Of a stretch of 38,472 bases of DNA, positions 6,542-14,765 are shown piece by piece. Below the pieces are notes generated by a model that ran no database searches, was not told the origin of the DNA, and was given only the letters and a program-made list of their open reading frames with translations. Position numbers and translations under genes: made by a program. Within the stretch, counting starts at the first letter, position 1; the number at the start of each line of letters is the position of its first letter. The DNA comes from an uncultured Candidatus Saccharibacteria bacterium (lineage in GTDB: Bacteria > Patescibacteriota > Minisyncoccia > Phycocordibacterales > XYD1-FULL-46-19), in assembly GCA_964433715.1 (NCBI GenBank), contig CAYSSL010000002.1:1-38472 (forward strand). The letters run 5' to 3'.

Positions 6542-7315
6542 ATGGATTTTTTTTCTATTTTTATTTTTAGTCTAGTTGAAGGAGTAACAGAATTTTTGCC
6601 GATCTCTTCTACAGGACATTTAATGTTGGTGGGCCATCTTCTAAAGATCCCGCCTAGTGATTTTTTATCTAGTTTTGAAATATTTATCCAATTGGGTGCC
6701 ATTTTGGCGGTGGTAGTATTGTATTTTAATAAAATAATAAAAAATTTTGCTCTAGTTAAAAAAATTATTATCGCTTTTGTGCCAACAGCCGTGATTGGAT
6801 TTTTGGCATATCCTTTAATAAAAAATTTCTTATTAGAAAGTTTAACAACTGTCGGCTGGGCGCTAATACTTGGTGGTCTAGTCCTGATTGTTTTTGAGTA
6901 TTGGTATATTGGAAAAGATAAAGAGCCTGTTGTTAATCTTGATAGTATTAGCTATAAACAAGCTTTTTTGGTTGGCGTGTTTCAGTCTTTGGCTGTTGTG
7001 CCGGGGGTATCAAGAGCTGGGGCTACGATTGTTGGTGGTTTATTTCTTGGTTTGTCGCGTTCGGCCGTGGTGGAGTTTTCTTTTCTTTTGGCTATTCCCA
7101 CCGTCTTTGCCGCAACCGGTTATGATCTAATAAAAACTGGGCCAACTTTTTCTGTGATGGAATATAATACACTAGCCCTTGGTTTTGTTTTTTCCTTTGT
7201 TTTTGCTATTTTAACGGTTCGCTGGCTGCTCTTTTTTGTCCAAAAGTATGATTTTCGTTGGTTTGGTTTATATCGGGTATTACTGGGTTTAGCTATTCTT
7301 TTTGTGTTCTTGTAA
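6542..7315 (+). CDS. uppP: undecaprenyl-diphosphate phosphatase
   Basis: The N-terminal signature EGVTEFLPISSTGHL and the motif PGVSRAGATI are both present. The protein is 257 aa and polytopic. Confidence 0.95.
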   Translation: MDFFSIFIFSLVEGVTEFLPISSTGHLMLVGHLLKIPPSDFLSSFEIFIQLGAILAVVVLYFNKIIKNFALVKKIIIAFVPTAVIGFLAYPLIKNFLLESLTTVGWALILGGLVLIVFEYWYIGKDKEPVVNLDSISYKQAFLVGVFQSLAVVPGVSRAGATIVGGLFLGLSRSAVVEFSFLLAIPTVFAATGYDLIKTGPTFSVMEYNTLALGFVFSFVFAILTVRWLLFFVQKYDFRWFGLYRVLLGLAILFVFL

Positions 7316-7452
7316 GGTTTTTATCCGGTGTTCGTCTATAACGATTGGCATATGATACAATCAAATAAAATGTACTTTTGAGGCTAGGCGTTTACCTAGC
7401 TTAAAGTATGCCGTTTATTAATAAATAAGTAATAAAGATTGAATAAAATTCA

Positions 7453-8226
7453 ATGGATTCACAAATAAAAAATATCTTAGGGATAGTCATAATCGTAACA
7501 CTAGTGGTAGCAGCTGGTTCCGCGATTGTTTTCACTCGTTCTTTTGCTAAGTCGGTTAGTCCGACCGCTAGTCGAAGTTTTTCGGTGACCGGTGAGGGCG
7601 AAATTCAGGCTTCTCCCGATATTGCCGAATTTTCTTTTAGTGTTTTAACCCAAGGTGGTTCTGATCTGACTGCACTGCAAACTCAAAATACCACTAAGGT
7701 TAATGGGGCAATTGAATACCTAAAGACTCAGGGGATTGACCAAAAAGATATTAAAACCTCTGGTTATAATGTAAATCCTCGCTACCAATATTACCCATGC
7801 AATGGAACATCTATCTGTCCTCCAGCCACTATTACTGGTTATGAGGTGAGCCAAACAGTAGAGGTAAAAGTGCGAGACTTTTCTAAAGTTGGCCCACTAC
7901 TTTCTGGGGTAGTAAAAAGTGGAGCTAATTCTGTTTCGGGATTAGTTTTTAGACAAGAAGATGCAGCCTCAGCTCAAAATGAGGCACGCAAGGAGGCGAT
8001 CGCTGAGGCTAAATCACAAGCTAAAGAAATAGCTAAAGCTGGAGGCTTTAGATTGGGTAAGCTGATTTCTATAGAGGAAGCGGGCGGCTACATGCCTATG
8101 TATTCGTATGGTCGCGGAGGGGCTATGGATATGGCTGAGAGTGCTAAGGTGGTGTCAAATCCTACCGTAGAACCGGGTACCAATGAAGTTAGAATGCAGG
8201 TGGTTTTGCGCTACGAAATAAAGTAG
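7453..8226 (+). CDS. SIMPL/DUF541 (BP26-like) periplasmic protein with a signal anchor
   Basis: The sequence VTGEGEIQASPDIAEFSFSV...GYEVSQTVEVKVRDFSKVGPLL...ARKEAIAEAKSQAKEIAKAGG follows the SIMPL domain pattern. Confidence 0.8.
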   Translation: MDSQIKNILGIVIIVTLVVAAGSAIVFTRSFAKSVSPTASRSFSVTGEGEIQASPDIAEFSFSVLTQGGSDLTALQTQNTTKVNGAIEYLKTQGIDQKDIKTSGYNVNPRYQYYPCNGTSICPPATITGYEVSQTVEVKVRDFSKVGPLLSGVVKSGANSVSGLVFRQEDAASAQNEARKEAIAEAKSQAKEIAKAGGFRLGKLISIEEAGGYMPMYSYGRGGAMDMAESAKVVSNPTVEPGTNEVRMQVVLRYEIK

Positions 8227-8239
8227 GCAAATAAACAAG

Positions 8240-8275
8240 AAAACAGCCAGCCTAAACCGGCTGGCTGTTTTCTTT
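8240..8275 (+). terminator. intrinsic terminator after the SIMPL gene
   Basis: CAGCCAGCC (8244-8252) pairs with GGCTGGCTG (8259-8267) around a 6-nt loop. It is followed by TTTTCTTT. Confidence 0.8.
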
Positions 8276-8334
8276 GAAAAATAAAGAAATTGTGTTAAAT
8301 TGTCCGACATTGTGATTGTAAGCTAATTTAATAT

Positions 8335-9765
8335 ATGTATAGAAAGAAAACCAAGATTGTGGCGACCATTGGGCCGGCCACTCAGTCGGAGGAAATGCTG
8401 ACCAAACTTCTTTTGGCCGGCTTAAACATTATGCGTTTAAATTTCTCGCATGGTGATTTTAAAGAGCATCAGACTAAAGTAGACAACCTAAAGAAGGCAA
8501 TTGAAAAAACTGGTTTGCCGGCAGCTATTATGCAAGATCTTGGTGGACCAAAAATTCGCATTGGTGATTTTTCAACCGAATCAATCAATTTAAAAGTTGG
8601 TCAAAAGTTTATTATTACTACTGATCAGGTTGTTGGTGATGAACACCGAGTGTCGGTCAATTATGCCCCTTTACCCAAAGAGGTTAAAAAGGGTAGTTTT
8701 ATTTTGCTGCACGATGGTAAAAAGAAGTTGGAAATTACAGATATAAAAGGCAATGATGTTATTTGTAAGGTTGTTGTGGGTGGTGAGATGAAGGGTCGGC
8801 GGGGGATCAACTTACCGGGGGCTCATTTGTCGATTAGTTCACTTACCGACAAAGACAAAAAAGACTTAACTTTTGGGATTAAGAATAAAGTCGATTTTGT
8901 GGCTTTTTCTTTTGTCCGGCGAGCGGAAGATATTCGTGAACTGCGTCGCTTGCTAGAAAAGGCTAAATCTAAAGCTAAAATAATTGCCAAACTGGAAGAT
9001 GTGGAAGGTTTGGAAAACTTGGATGAAATAATTGATCTGGTGGATGGGGTAATGGTCGCTCGCGGTGATATGGCGATTGAAATTGGGATTGAAAATGTAC
9101 CAATGGTCCAAAAGATGATTATTAACAAGTGTAATCAGCAGGGTAAATTTGTGATTACCGCGACTCATATGTTGGAGTCAATGATTAAAAATCCTGTACC
9201 AACACGGGCAGAAGTTTCTGATATTGCTAATGCAATATTTGATGGTACTGACGCTATTATGTTGTCCGAGGAGACAACTCTCGGAGAACATCCGGTGGCA
9301 GCAGTAGAGGTTATGACGAAGGTGGCTGAAAAAACTGAAAATCATGAAATGTATCGTCATATGATTGCTGATATGCAAAAACTAAAGCATGAAAGTATTG
9401 GTTCTCGAGTGTCTGATGCGGTTACTAACGAAGCGGTGGATATCGCCAACGCAGTAAAGGCAAAGGCGATTATTGCTTTAACTAATTCTGGCTTTACGGC
9501 TAAAATGATTTCTCGTTATAAACCATTTCAGCCGATACTGGCTTTTACACCCAATCCAGTTACTGCTCGTCAGCTTTTACTATCTTTTGGAGTTGTGCCG
9601 GTAGAAATAAACAAATTTAAGAGTTTTAGAGAAGTATTACCTCTCATTCGTTCTCATTGTATTAAGGAAAAATTGGTAAAGAAGGGTGATAAGGTAGTAA
9701 TTTCTGTTGGTTATCCTTTTGGTCAGTCTATTGACACCAATATGATATTGGTGGAAACCATTTAA
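8335..9765 (+). CDS. pyk: pyruvate kinase
   Basis: Diagnostic motifs are KIVATIGPA, MRLNFSHG, GPKIRIG, VARGDMAIEIG and MLSEETTLG. The 476-aa protein includes the C-terminal regulatory domain. Confidence 0.95.
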   Translation: MYRKKTKIVATIGPATQSEEMLTKLLLAGLNIMRLNFSHGDFKEHQTKVDNLKKAIEKTGLPAAIMQDLGGPKIRIGDFSTESINLKVGQKFIITTDQVVGDEHRVSVNYAPLPKEVKKGSFILLHDGKKKLEITDIKGNDVICKVVVGGEMKGRRGINLPGAHLSISSLTDKDKKDLTFGIKNKVDFVAFSFVRRAEDIRELRRLLEKAKSKAKIIAKLEDVEGLENLDEIIDLVDGVMVARGDMAIEIGIENVPMVQKMIINKCNQQGKFVITATHMLESMIKNPVPTRAEVSDIANAIFDGTDAIMLSEETTLGEHPVAAVEVMTKVAEKTENHEMYRHMIADMQKLKHESIGSRVSDAVTNEAVDIANAVKAKAIIALTNSGFTAKMISRYKPFQPILAFTPNPVTARQLLLSFGVVPVEINKFKSFREVLPLIRSHCIKEKLVKKGDKVVISVGYPFGQSIDTNMILVETI

Positions 9766-9775
9766 GATTTTCTGA

Positions 9776-10015
9776 ATGTATATCAGAGTTAAAGTAAAGG
9801 CGGGGGCAAGACGGGACGAAATTAAGTTGATTGGTAGTGATAGGTTAGAAATATCGGTCAAAGAAAAAGCAAGACAAGGCCTGGCAAACAGTCAGGTTTT
9901 GTCTCTTGTGGCCGAGTGGTATGGGTGTTTGGTGGCTGAGGTGCACCTTGTGAGGGGAAAGACTACCCCCAATAAGATATTTGAAATAAAGTCTGATCTT
10001 GTAAAGATTGGCTAG
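9776..10015 (+). CDS. DUF167 (YggU/UPF0235) family protein
   Basis: IRVKVKAGARRDEI...LEISVKEKARQGLANSQVLSLVAEWYG...VHLVRGKTTPNKIFEI matches the pattern V.V.P.A....I......L.V.V.A.P..G.AN..L...LA.....V.L..G..S..K. Confidence 0.7.
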   Translation: MYIRVKVKAGARRDEIKLIGSDRLEISVKEKARQGLANSQVLSLVAEWYGCLVAEVHLVRGKTTPNKIFEIKSDLVKIG

Positions 10016-10084
10016 TAGCGCCGTCTTAAAAGGGTAGTATAATGAAGTGAGAAATGTCTTTTTATTACTCTTAACGCCATTGTC

Positions 10085-10447
10085 ATGAAAACAAATGTTA
10101 AGACTACAAATATTGAGTTGACCCCAGCTATTGACCAGTATCTTAAGTATAAGTTGTCTAAAATAAAGAAGTATCTTGATGAGTCTTTGGGTGAAGCGAT
10201 GGTTGATGTGGAAATAGGTAAAATTACCGAACACCACAAACAGGGACAGTTGTTTAAGGCGGAGATAAATTTGGTTGTCCCTGGTCAATCTTTACGCCGA
10301 GCAGATGTACAAGGTTTTGATCTTTATACCGCTATAATTGAAGCCCGAGATGAAATAGTGCTTCAAGTTAAATCCACCCATCAAAAACAAGCGACTTTGT
10401 TTAGACGAGGGGCCCGCCAAATTAAAGCGATGATGAAAAGATCCTAA
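10085..10447 (+). CDS. hpf: ribosome hibernation promoting factor (short form, S30AE/sigma-54 modulation family)
   Basis: The N-terminus MKTNVKTTNIELTPAIDQYLKYKLSKIKKYLDE is typical. FKAEINLVVPG and LYTAIIEARDEI are also present. Confidence 0.85.
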   Translation: MKTNVKTTNIELTPAIDQYLKYKLSKIKKYLDESLGEAMVDVEIGKITEHHKQGQLFKAEINLVVPGQSLRRADVQGFDLYTAIIEARDEIVLQVKSTHQKQATLFRRGARQIKAMMKRS

Positions 10448-10489
10448 ACTTGACTGAGTTTTTATTAAAAAATTTATTTAATCAAACTG

Positions 10490-11146
10490 ATGACTAAAAG
10501 TACGATGTGGGCGATTTTGGTTGTTGTTGCTGTCGGGGCTCTGGTGTTAATTGGTCTTATTAATAAAAAAGATAATATAAAAATAATGGACGAGACAAGT
10601 AATAATACTGCTACTACCACTACTACTGACGCTTATAAGGCTAATCCGGTGGCGGTTTTTGACACCAACCAAGGTACTTTTGAGATAGAGCTACAACTAG
10701 ATAAAATGCCAATAACGGCTGGTAATTTTATAAAGCTAGCTGAAAACGACTTCTATGATGGTACTAGTTTTCACCGAGTGATTAAGGATTTTATGATCCA
10801 AGGAGGGGACCCTCTAACCAAAAGCCAGCCCGAAAATGTGGCTGTTCATGGTACTGGTGGGCCTGGCTATGCGATAACTGATGAGTTTGTAGCGGGTCAA
10901 TCTAATGTTCGGGGGACCATTTCCATGGCTAATTCTGGGCCAAATTCTGGGGGCAGTCAGTTTTTTATCAATCTAGTAGACAATACATATCTAGATTTTG
11001 ACAACCCAATGAGCCAAGGCAAACATCCAGTTTTTGGCAAGGTGGTAAGTGGGATGGAGGTGGTAGATAAAATTGGTCAAGTTCAAACTGGAGCGGGGGA
11101 TAGGCCGGTGGAGAAGGTGGTCATAAATAAAATCACAATCAGATAA
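10490..11146 (+). CDS. cyclophilin-type peptidyl-prolyl cis-trans isomerase with an N-terminal membrane anchor
   Basis: The anchor is MWAILVVVAVGALVLIGLI. The cyclophilin core motifs are FHRVIKDFMIQGGDP, GTISMANSGPNSGGSQFFI and HPVFGKVVSGMEVVDKI. Confidence 0.9.
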   Translation: MTKSTMWAILVVVAVGALVLIGLINKKDNIKIMDETSNNTATTTTTDAYKANPVAVFDTNQGTFEIELQLDKMPITAGNFIKLAENDFYDGTSFHRVIKDFMIQGGDPLTKSQPENVAVHGTGGPGYAITDEFVAGQSNVRGTISMANSGPNSGGSQFFINLVDNTYLDFDNPMSQGKHPVFGKVVSGMEVVDKIGQVQTGAGDRPVEKVVINKITIR

Positions 11147-11248
11147 ATTAAGTTTTCAACAGTTTTATTCGAAAAGCTAAAATTAAATTTTAAAAAAGAT
11201 TATAATAGGACTAGTAGGTGGTATTTATTAATCTTAAAATAAAAATTT

Positions 11249-11305
11249 ATGGCTAAAAGTGGCGATCGCGCTAAGCGCGAAAAAAAGAAACCAAAGAAGA
11301 AATAA
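11249..11305 (+). CDS. possible 18-aa highly basic micropeptide (MAKSGDRAKREKKKPKKK)
   Basis: By hand translation, the ATG is at 11249 and TAA is at 11303-11305. The stop codon abuts the first base of the 23-bp hairpin at 11306. A TATAAT lies at 11201-11206 upstream. Coding status is unproven. Confidence 0.25.
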   Translation: MAKSGDRAKREKKKPKKK

Positions 11306-11354
11306 ATTACAACCAAAAAAGCTCTGGCCTAGCCAGAGCTTTTTTGGTTGTAAT
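11306..11354. terminator. perfect 23-bp hairpin, a bidirectional intrinsic terminator
   Basis: ATTACAACCAAAAAAGCTCTGGC (11306-11328) is the exact reverse complement of GCCAGAGCTTTTTTGGTTGTAAT (11332-11354), with a 3-nt loop. The GC-rich core GCTCTGGC/GCCAGAGC is flanked by A6 and T6. Confidence 0.85.
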
Positions 11355-11390
11355 TTGCGTTCTTGATTAAGCTGGTTTAGTATTGGAATA

Positions 11391-13415
11391 TTGGAAAAAA
11401 TTAATCCACGATCTAATTTTAAGGCTAGCCTTAGTGGTATTACTTCTAGGGGGTATTTTGTGTGTGTTTTGGCAATCATTACCCTGATTATTGGGGTAAG
11501 CTATTTTGTTTTCAATGGTAATTTTAGTAATTATAATCAGTTTTTAAGCCCAAAATCTTTTTCGGTTGTAAAAAAGTTTCCGGATTTTAGTAATTATAGT
11601 GGCTGGAGAGATATAAAATTAGATTCACAAGATCCTTCTTCAATTTGGATCTTGGGTGGTGGAATACTCCACTATGATCTCAAGAAAAATGTGGTGAATA
11701 AAATTTTGGCAGGAGATGATGGAGTTCAGGATGTGCCGATATCAATTGTGCATATTGGCGATAATTTATTCTATAGTTTTCAGGGTGGAATAGAAAAAAT
11801 AAACTTAAAAAATGGTAAGACTAAATTGTATGGACAAAAAAATGGTTTGGTGTCCGAAAGTAATGTTTATCTCCATCTGGATCCTTATGATAACGATGTT
11901 ATCTGGATAGGAACTTTTAAGGGATTAAGTAAATTTAGTATTTCCAAAGAAACTTTTACAAATTTCACCGATCAAATTGGTACCAATTCAACTCATTTTG
12001 GTATTGATGACAACGTTAGAGTGGGTAAGGATTATGTTTGGGTGGTAGTATCTGCCAATGCCTATAGTGAGGGTGGTATTGCGCGTTATGATAAGCGCCA
12101 AAAAGAATGGAAAGCTTGGGGTCCAGAATATTTTGGCAGTGTCGGTCGCGTTGATATTATGGCGTTTGATATTGATGAGGAAAAAGCTTTTGCTTTTGTT
12201 TCTGATTCAGATAACATTTTTGAATATGATCCAGTGACCAATTCTTGGCAAACTATTTATGATGGTGATCGGATGGTGTCAAATTTTTCTTTTTTAGTTT
12301 TTGCTAATAATCGAGTTTATTTTGCCGAAGATGATGTAAAAAACTCAAAAATGATGAATATTAAGTATGTTGATTTAAAAACTAATAAATCTTTAATTTG
12401 GCGCAATTTACCACGTGGTAATTTTGATGTTGATAAATCTGAAAAGCGAGCGATTATCTCATTTTATTCGTATGAGCGTAATTTGTCGGATCATAAATTG
12501 GGAGTAATTGATTTTAAAGATTTATCAACCACTGATTATTTAGTGGACATAAAGGATGACAATCGTCTCATATTTAACGAATCTTTCAAAGATGTTGTAT
12601 TGTTTGAGACTCGTGGTTTTTTATATCTTTACAATAAAAAAAGTAATATCGTAAACAAGATTCCCGAAATCAATTTAGATAGTAACTCTTTGTTCGCTGA
12701 GATGGTTGATGACAAGCTCATTATTTTTAATCTAGATATTCAAGAAATTGGATGGATGGGCGATAAACCAAATACTATTTATGTGATTGATCCTATTAGT
12801 TTAGAGGTTGAGAATAAAGCCGTTATTAATTCTGGTGAATATGATAATATTTCTTACGATAAAGAAATAAAGGAGTTAATCCTTAGTAAAATTCAAGGTC
12901 CAAATAAAATTATTATGTACCACATATCTTCAACTAAGGTCTTAGAGGCTGTGGGTGATAATAAGCTAGATAACGATGAACTGATGATTGTACCCGAAGC
13001 CGAACATTCTAAGTATTATGGCGTGGGTAAAAATTCTCTAGATGTTTTACTTGATGATGGCGTTACGGTGAGAGCCCCGATGTATGTTAATGGTGACACC
13101 TTCCAACTTGTGGTTACTAAAGATGGGATAAATTCCTCATCCTCGCCAATCATGGTTGCTCCCGCTCGTATTAGTCCTTTTGGTTATCCATCAAGTATTG
13201 ATATTAAAACAATAGATTTAGATGATAAAAATTCTTCGGTGGTTTGGGTTGGGACAGATCGTGGTCTAGTTCGTTATGATATTAATAATCGTGAACAACG
13301 ACTTTTTACAATTGAGGATGGTCTAATTGGTGATGATATATTAAAGATTGATGCTGGTGAGCGGTTTATTATTAAACACACTGTTGGGGTCTATGTTTAC
13401 GATATAAAGGATTAG
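11391..13415 (+). CDS. membrane-anchored beta-propeller-like protein with two-component-regulator-propeller (Reg_prop) type repeats
   Basis: The anchor is YFVCVLAIITLIIGVSYFVF. Two repeats fit the pattern GL....V.....D....W.GT..GL: GLVSESNVYLHLDPYDNDVIWIGTFKGLSKF and VWVGTDRGLVRYDINNREQRLFTIEDGLIGDDILKI. The start is uncertain. It could be TTG at 11391, or GTG at 11460, which has AGGGGG 6 nt upstream. Confidence 0.6.
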   Translation: MEKINPRSNFKASLSGITSRGYFVCVLAIITLIIGVSYFVFNGNFSNYNQFLSPKSFSVVKKFPDFSNYSGWRDIKLDSQDPSSIWILGGGILHYDLKKNVVNKILAGDDGVQDVPISIVHIGDNLFYSFQGGIEKINLKNGKTKLYGQKNGLVSESNVYLHLDPYDNDVIWIGTFKGLSKFSISKETFTNFTDQIGTNSTHFGIDDNVRVGKDYVWVVVSANAYSEGGIARYDKRQKEWKAWGPEYFGSVGRVDIMAFDIDEEKAFAFVSDSDNIFEYDPVTNSWQTIYDGDRMVSNFSFLVFANNRVYFAEDDVKNSKMMNIKYVDLKTNKSLIWRNLPRGNFDVDKSEKRAIISFYSYERNLSDHKLGVIDFKDLSTTDYLVDIKDDNRLIFNESFKDVVLFETRGFLYLYNKKSNIVNKIPEINLDSNSLFAEMVDDKLIIFNLDIQEIGWMGDKPNTIYVIDPISLEVENKAVINSGEYDNISYDKEIKELILSKIQGPNKIIMYHISSTKVLEAVGDNKLDNDELMIVPEAEHSKYYGVGKNSLDVLLDDGVTVRAPMYVNGDTFQLVVTKDGINSSSSPIMVAPARISPFGYPSSIDIKTIDLDDKNSSVVWVGTDRGLVRYDINNREQRLFTIEDGLIGDDILKIDAGERFIIKHTVGVYVYDIKD

Positions 13416-14257
13416 TATAGATCTTTGAAGAAGGAACGCCCATCGGTTTCCTTTTTTCCTTCTGGGAGGACACGGTCAATAATTAGTTGCTCATTCTCTA
13501 GATGAGCTTTTTTAATTAGGATTCTCATTTTTTTACCATCTTTTTCAATAAAAAAATAAGTGCCGGGCCAGTCGGCATAGGCGCGGATTTTACGATAATT
13601 TTGAATTGGGTCATCGTCTAAATTGATTTCGCCATCAACCTTTTTAATTTTAGTGGTAAAGGTTGCTTTGGTGTGGTCTTGGGCTGTAGGGTTTATCTTA
13701 CCAACCATAAAGTCAGACAAGATTTGGTTAAACATCTGGGCCCCGAGGCTGGCCGTTTGGTCTCGCAAAATCAAATAATCCTGATCAGTTAGGGGTAGCT
13801 TTTCTTGGGCTAAAATGGGGCCATGGTCCATTTCGGCATCCATTAGTATTAGGGTAACCCCAGTTTCAGTATCGCCCGATAAAATAGCCGATTCCAGCGG
13901 GGTGGCCCCTCGATATTTAGGCAAGAGAGACGGGTGGATATTTATAAAGCCAAGGCGTGGGATATTTAAAAGAGCTTGAGGTAAAATCTTGCCGTAAGAA
14001 GCCACCAAACAGACATCAAATTCACCCCCGCTTATTTCTGGGGGGATAGTTTCTAAACTTATTGGTTGGATAATCTTAATATTATTTTTGTTTGCCCAGA
14101 TTTTGACCGGCGGGGGAGTGAGTGTCATTTTCCGGCCCTGAGGTTTGTCTGGGGTGGTGACTATTAGGGCCGGAATAATTCCTAAAGAAAAAAGTTCCTC
14201 AAGGATGGTGGTGGCAAATTGGTCGGTGCCAAAAAAGGCAAAATTAGTTGCTTTCAC
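13412..14257 (-). CDS. fmt: methionyl-tRNA formyltransferase
   Basis: FFGTDQFATTILEEL and NIHPSLLPKYRGATPLESAIL are present. It lies downstream of def and overlaps it by 14 nt. Confidence 0.9.
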   Translation of the reverse strand: MKATNFAFFGTDQFATTILEELFSLGIIPALIVTTPDKPQGRKMTLTPPPVKIWANKNNIKIIQPISLETIPPEISGGEFDVCLVASYGKILPQALLNIPRLGFINIHPSLLPKYRGATPLESAILSGDTETGVTLILMDAEMDHGPILAQEKLPLTDQDYLILRDQTASLGAQMFNQILSDFMVGKINPTAQDHTKATFTTKIKKVDGEINLDDDPIQNYRKIRAYADWPGTYFFIEKDGKKMRILIKKAHLENEQLIIDRVLPEGKKETDGRSFFKDLY

Positions 14258-14744
14258 TTTCGTTTATTTTATGTTCATGTAAATCGGTCGCGTGATCAAC
14301 AAACAAGATACCATCAAGGTGGTCAATTTCATGTTGAAAAATTTGAGCTATTAGACCGGAGCCATTCCATGTAAAAGGGTTACCTTGTTGGTCTAGGGCT
14401 TTGACGGAGGCTTTATCCGCTCTCTTGGTTTTACCATAGATCCAGCGTACGGAAAGACAGCCCTCATCTAGCTCTGATTTTTTCTTAGATAATTTAATGA
14501 TTTCTGGATTAATAAAGACGGCATCTTCTTCGCCATCTTTAAAAATTTTTTTGGATACGACAAAAATACGCAAACCTACTCCAATTTGGGGGGCCGCGAT
14601 GGCTACACCATCTTCACAGCTGGCCAAGGACTCAGACATTTCCTTGATTACTTTTTCTATCTTAACTGAGCCGATGTCTGACAGTGGAACAGTTTTTGCT
14701 TTCTGGCGCAAAACTGGGTCATTTTGCTGAACTATTTTCTTCAT
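14244..14744 (-). CDS. def: peptide deformylase
   Basis: All three deformylase motifs are present: GVAIAAPQIG, EGCLS and QHEIDHLDG. Confidence 0.95.
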   Translation of the reverse strand: MKKIVQQNDPVLRQKAKTVPLSDIGSVKIEKVIKEMSESLASCEDGVAIAAPQIGVGLRIFVVSKKIFKDGEEDAVFINPEIIKLSKKKSELDEGCLSVRWIYGKTKRADKASVKALDQQGNPFTWNGSGLIAQIFQHEIDHLDGILFVDHATDLHEHKINESESN

Positions 14745-14765
14745 TTACGCCACTATATCATAATT

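Noticed and set aside
9845-10288. 147-aa minus-strand ORF spanning the DUF167 gene, an intergenic region and hpf
   Set aside because: It overlaps two well-supported plus-strand genes and the promoter-like TATAAT at 10038-10043. No family resemblance was seen.
11234-11479. 81-aa minus-strand ORF from the track
   Set aside because: It runs straight through the 23-bp terminator hairpin and the 5' end of the propeller gene. It has no recognisable features, so it is most likely spurious.
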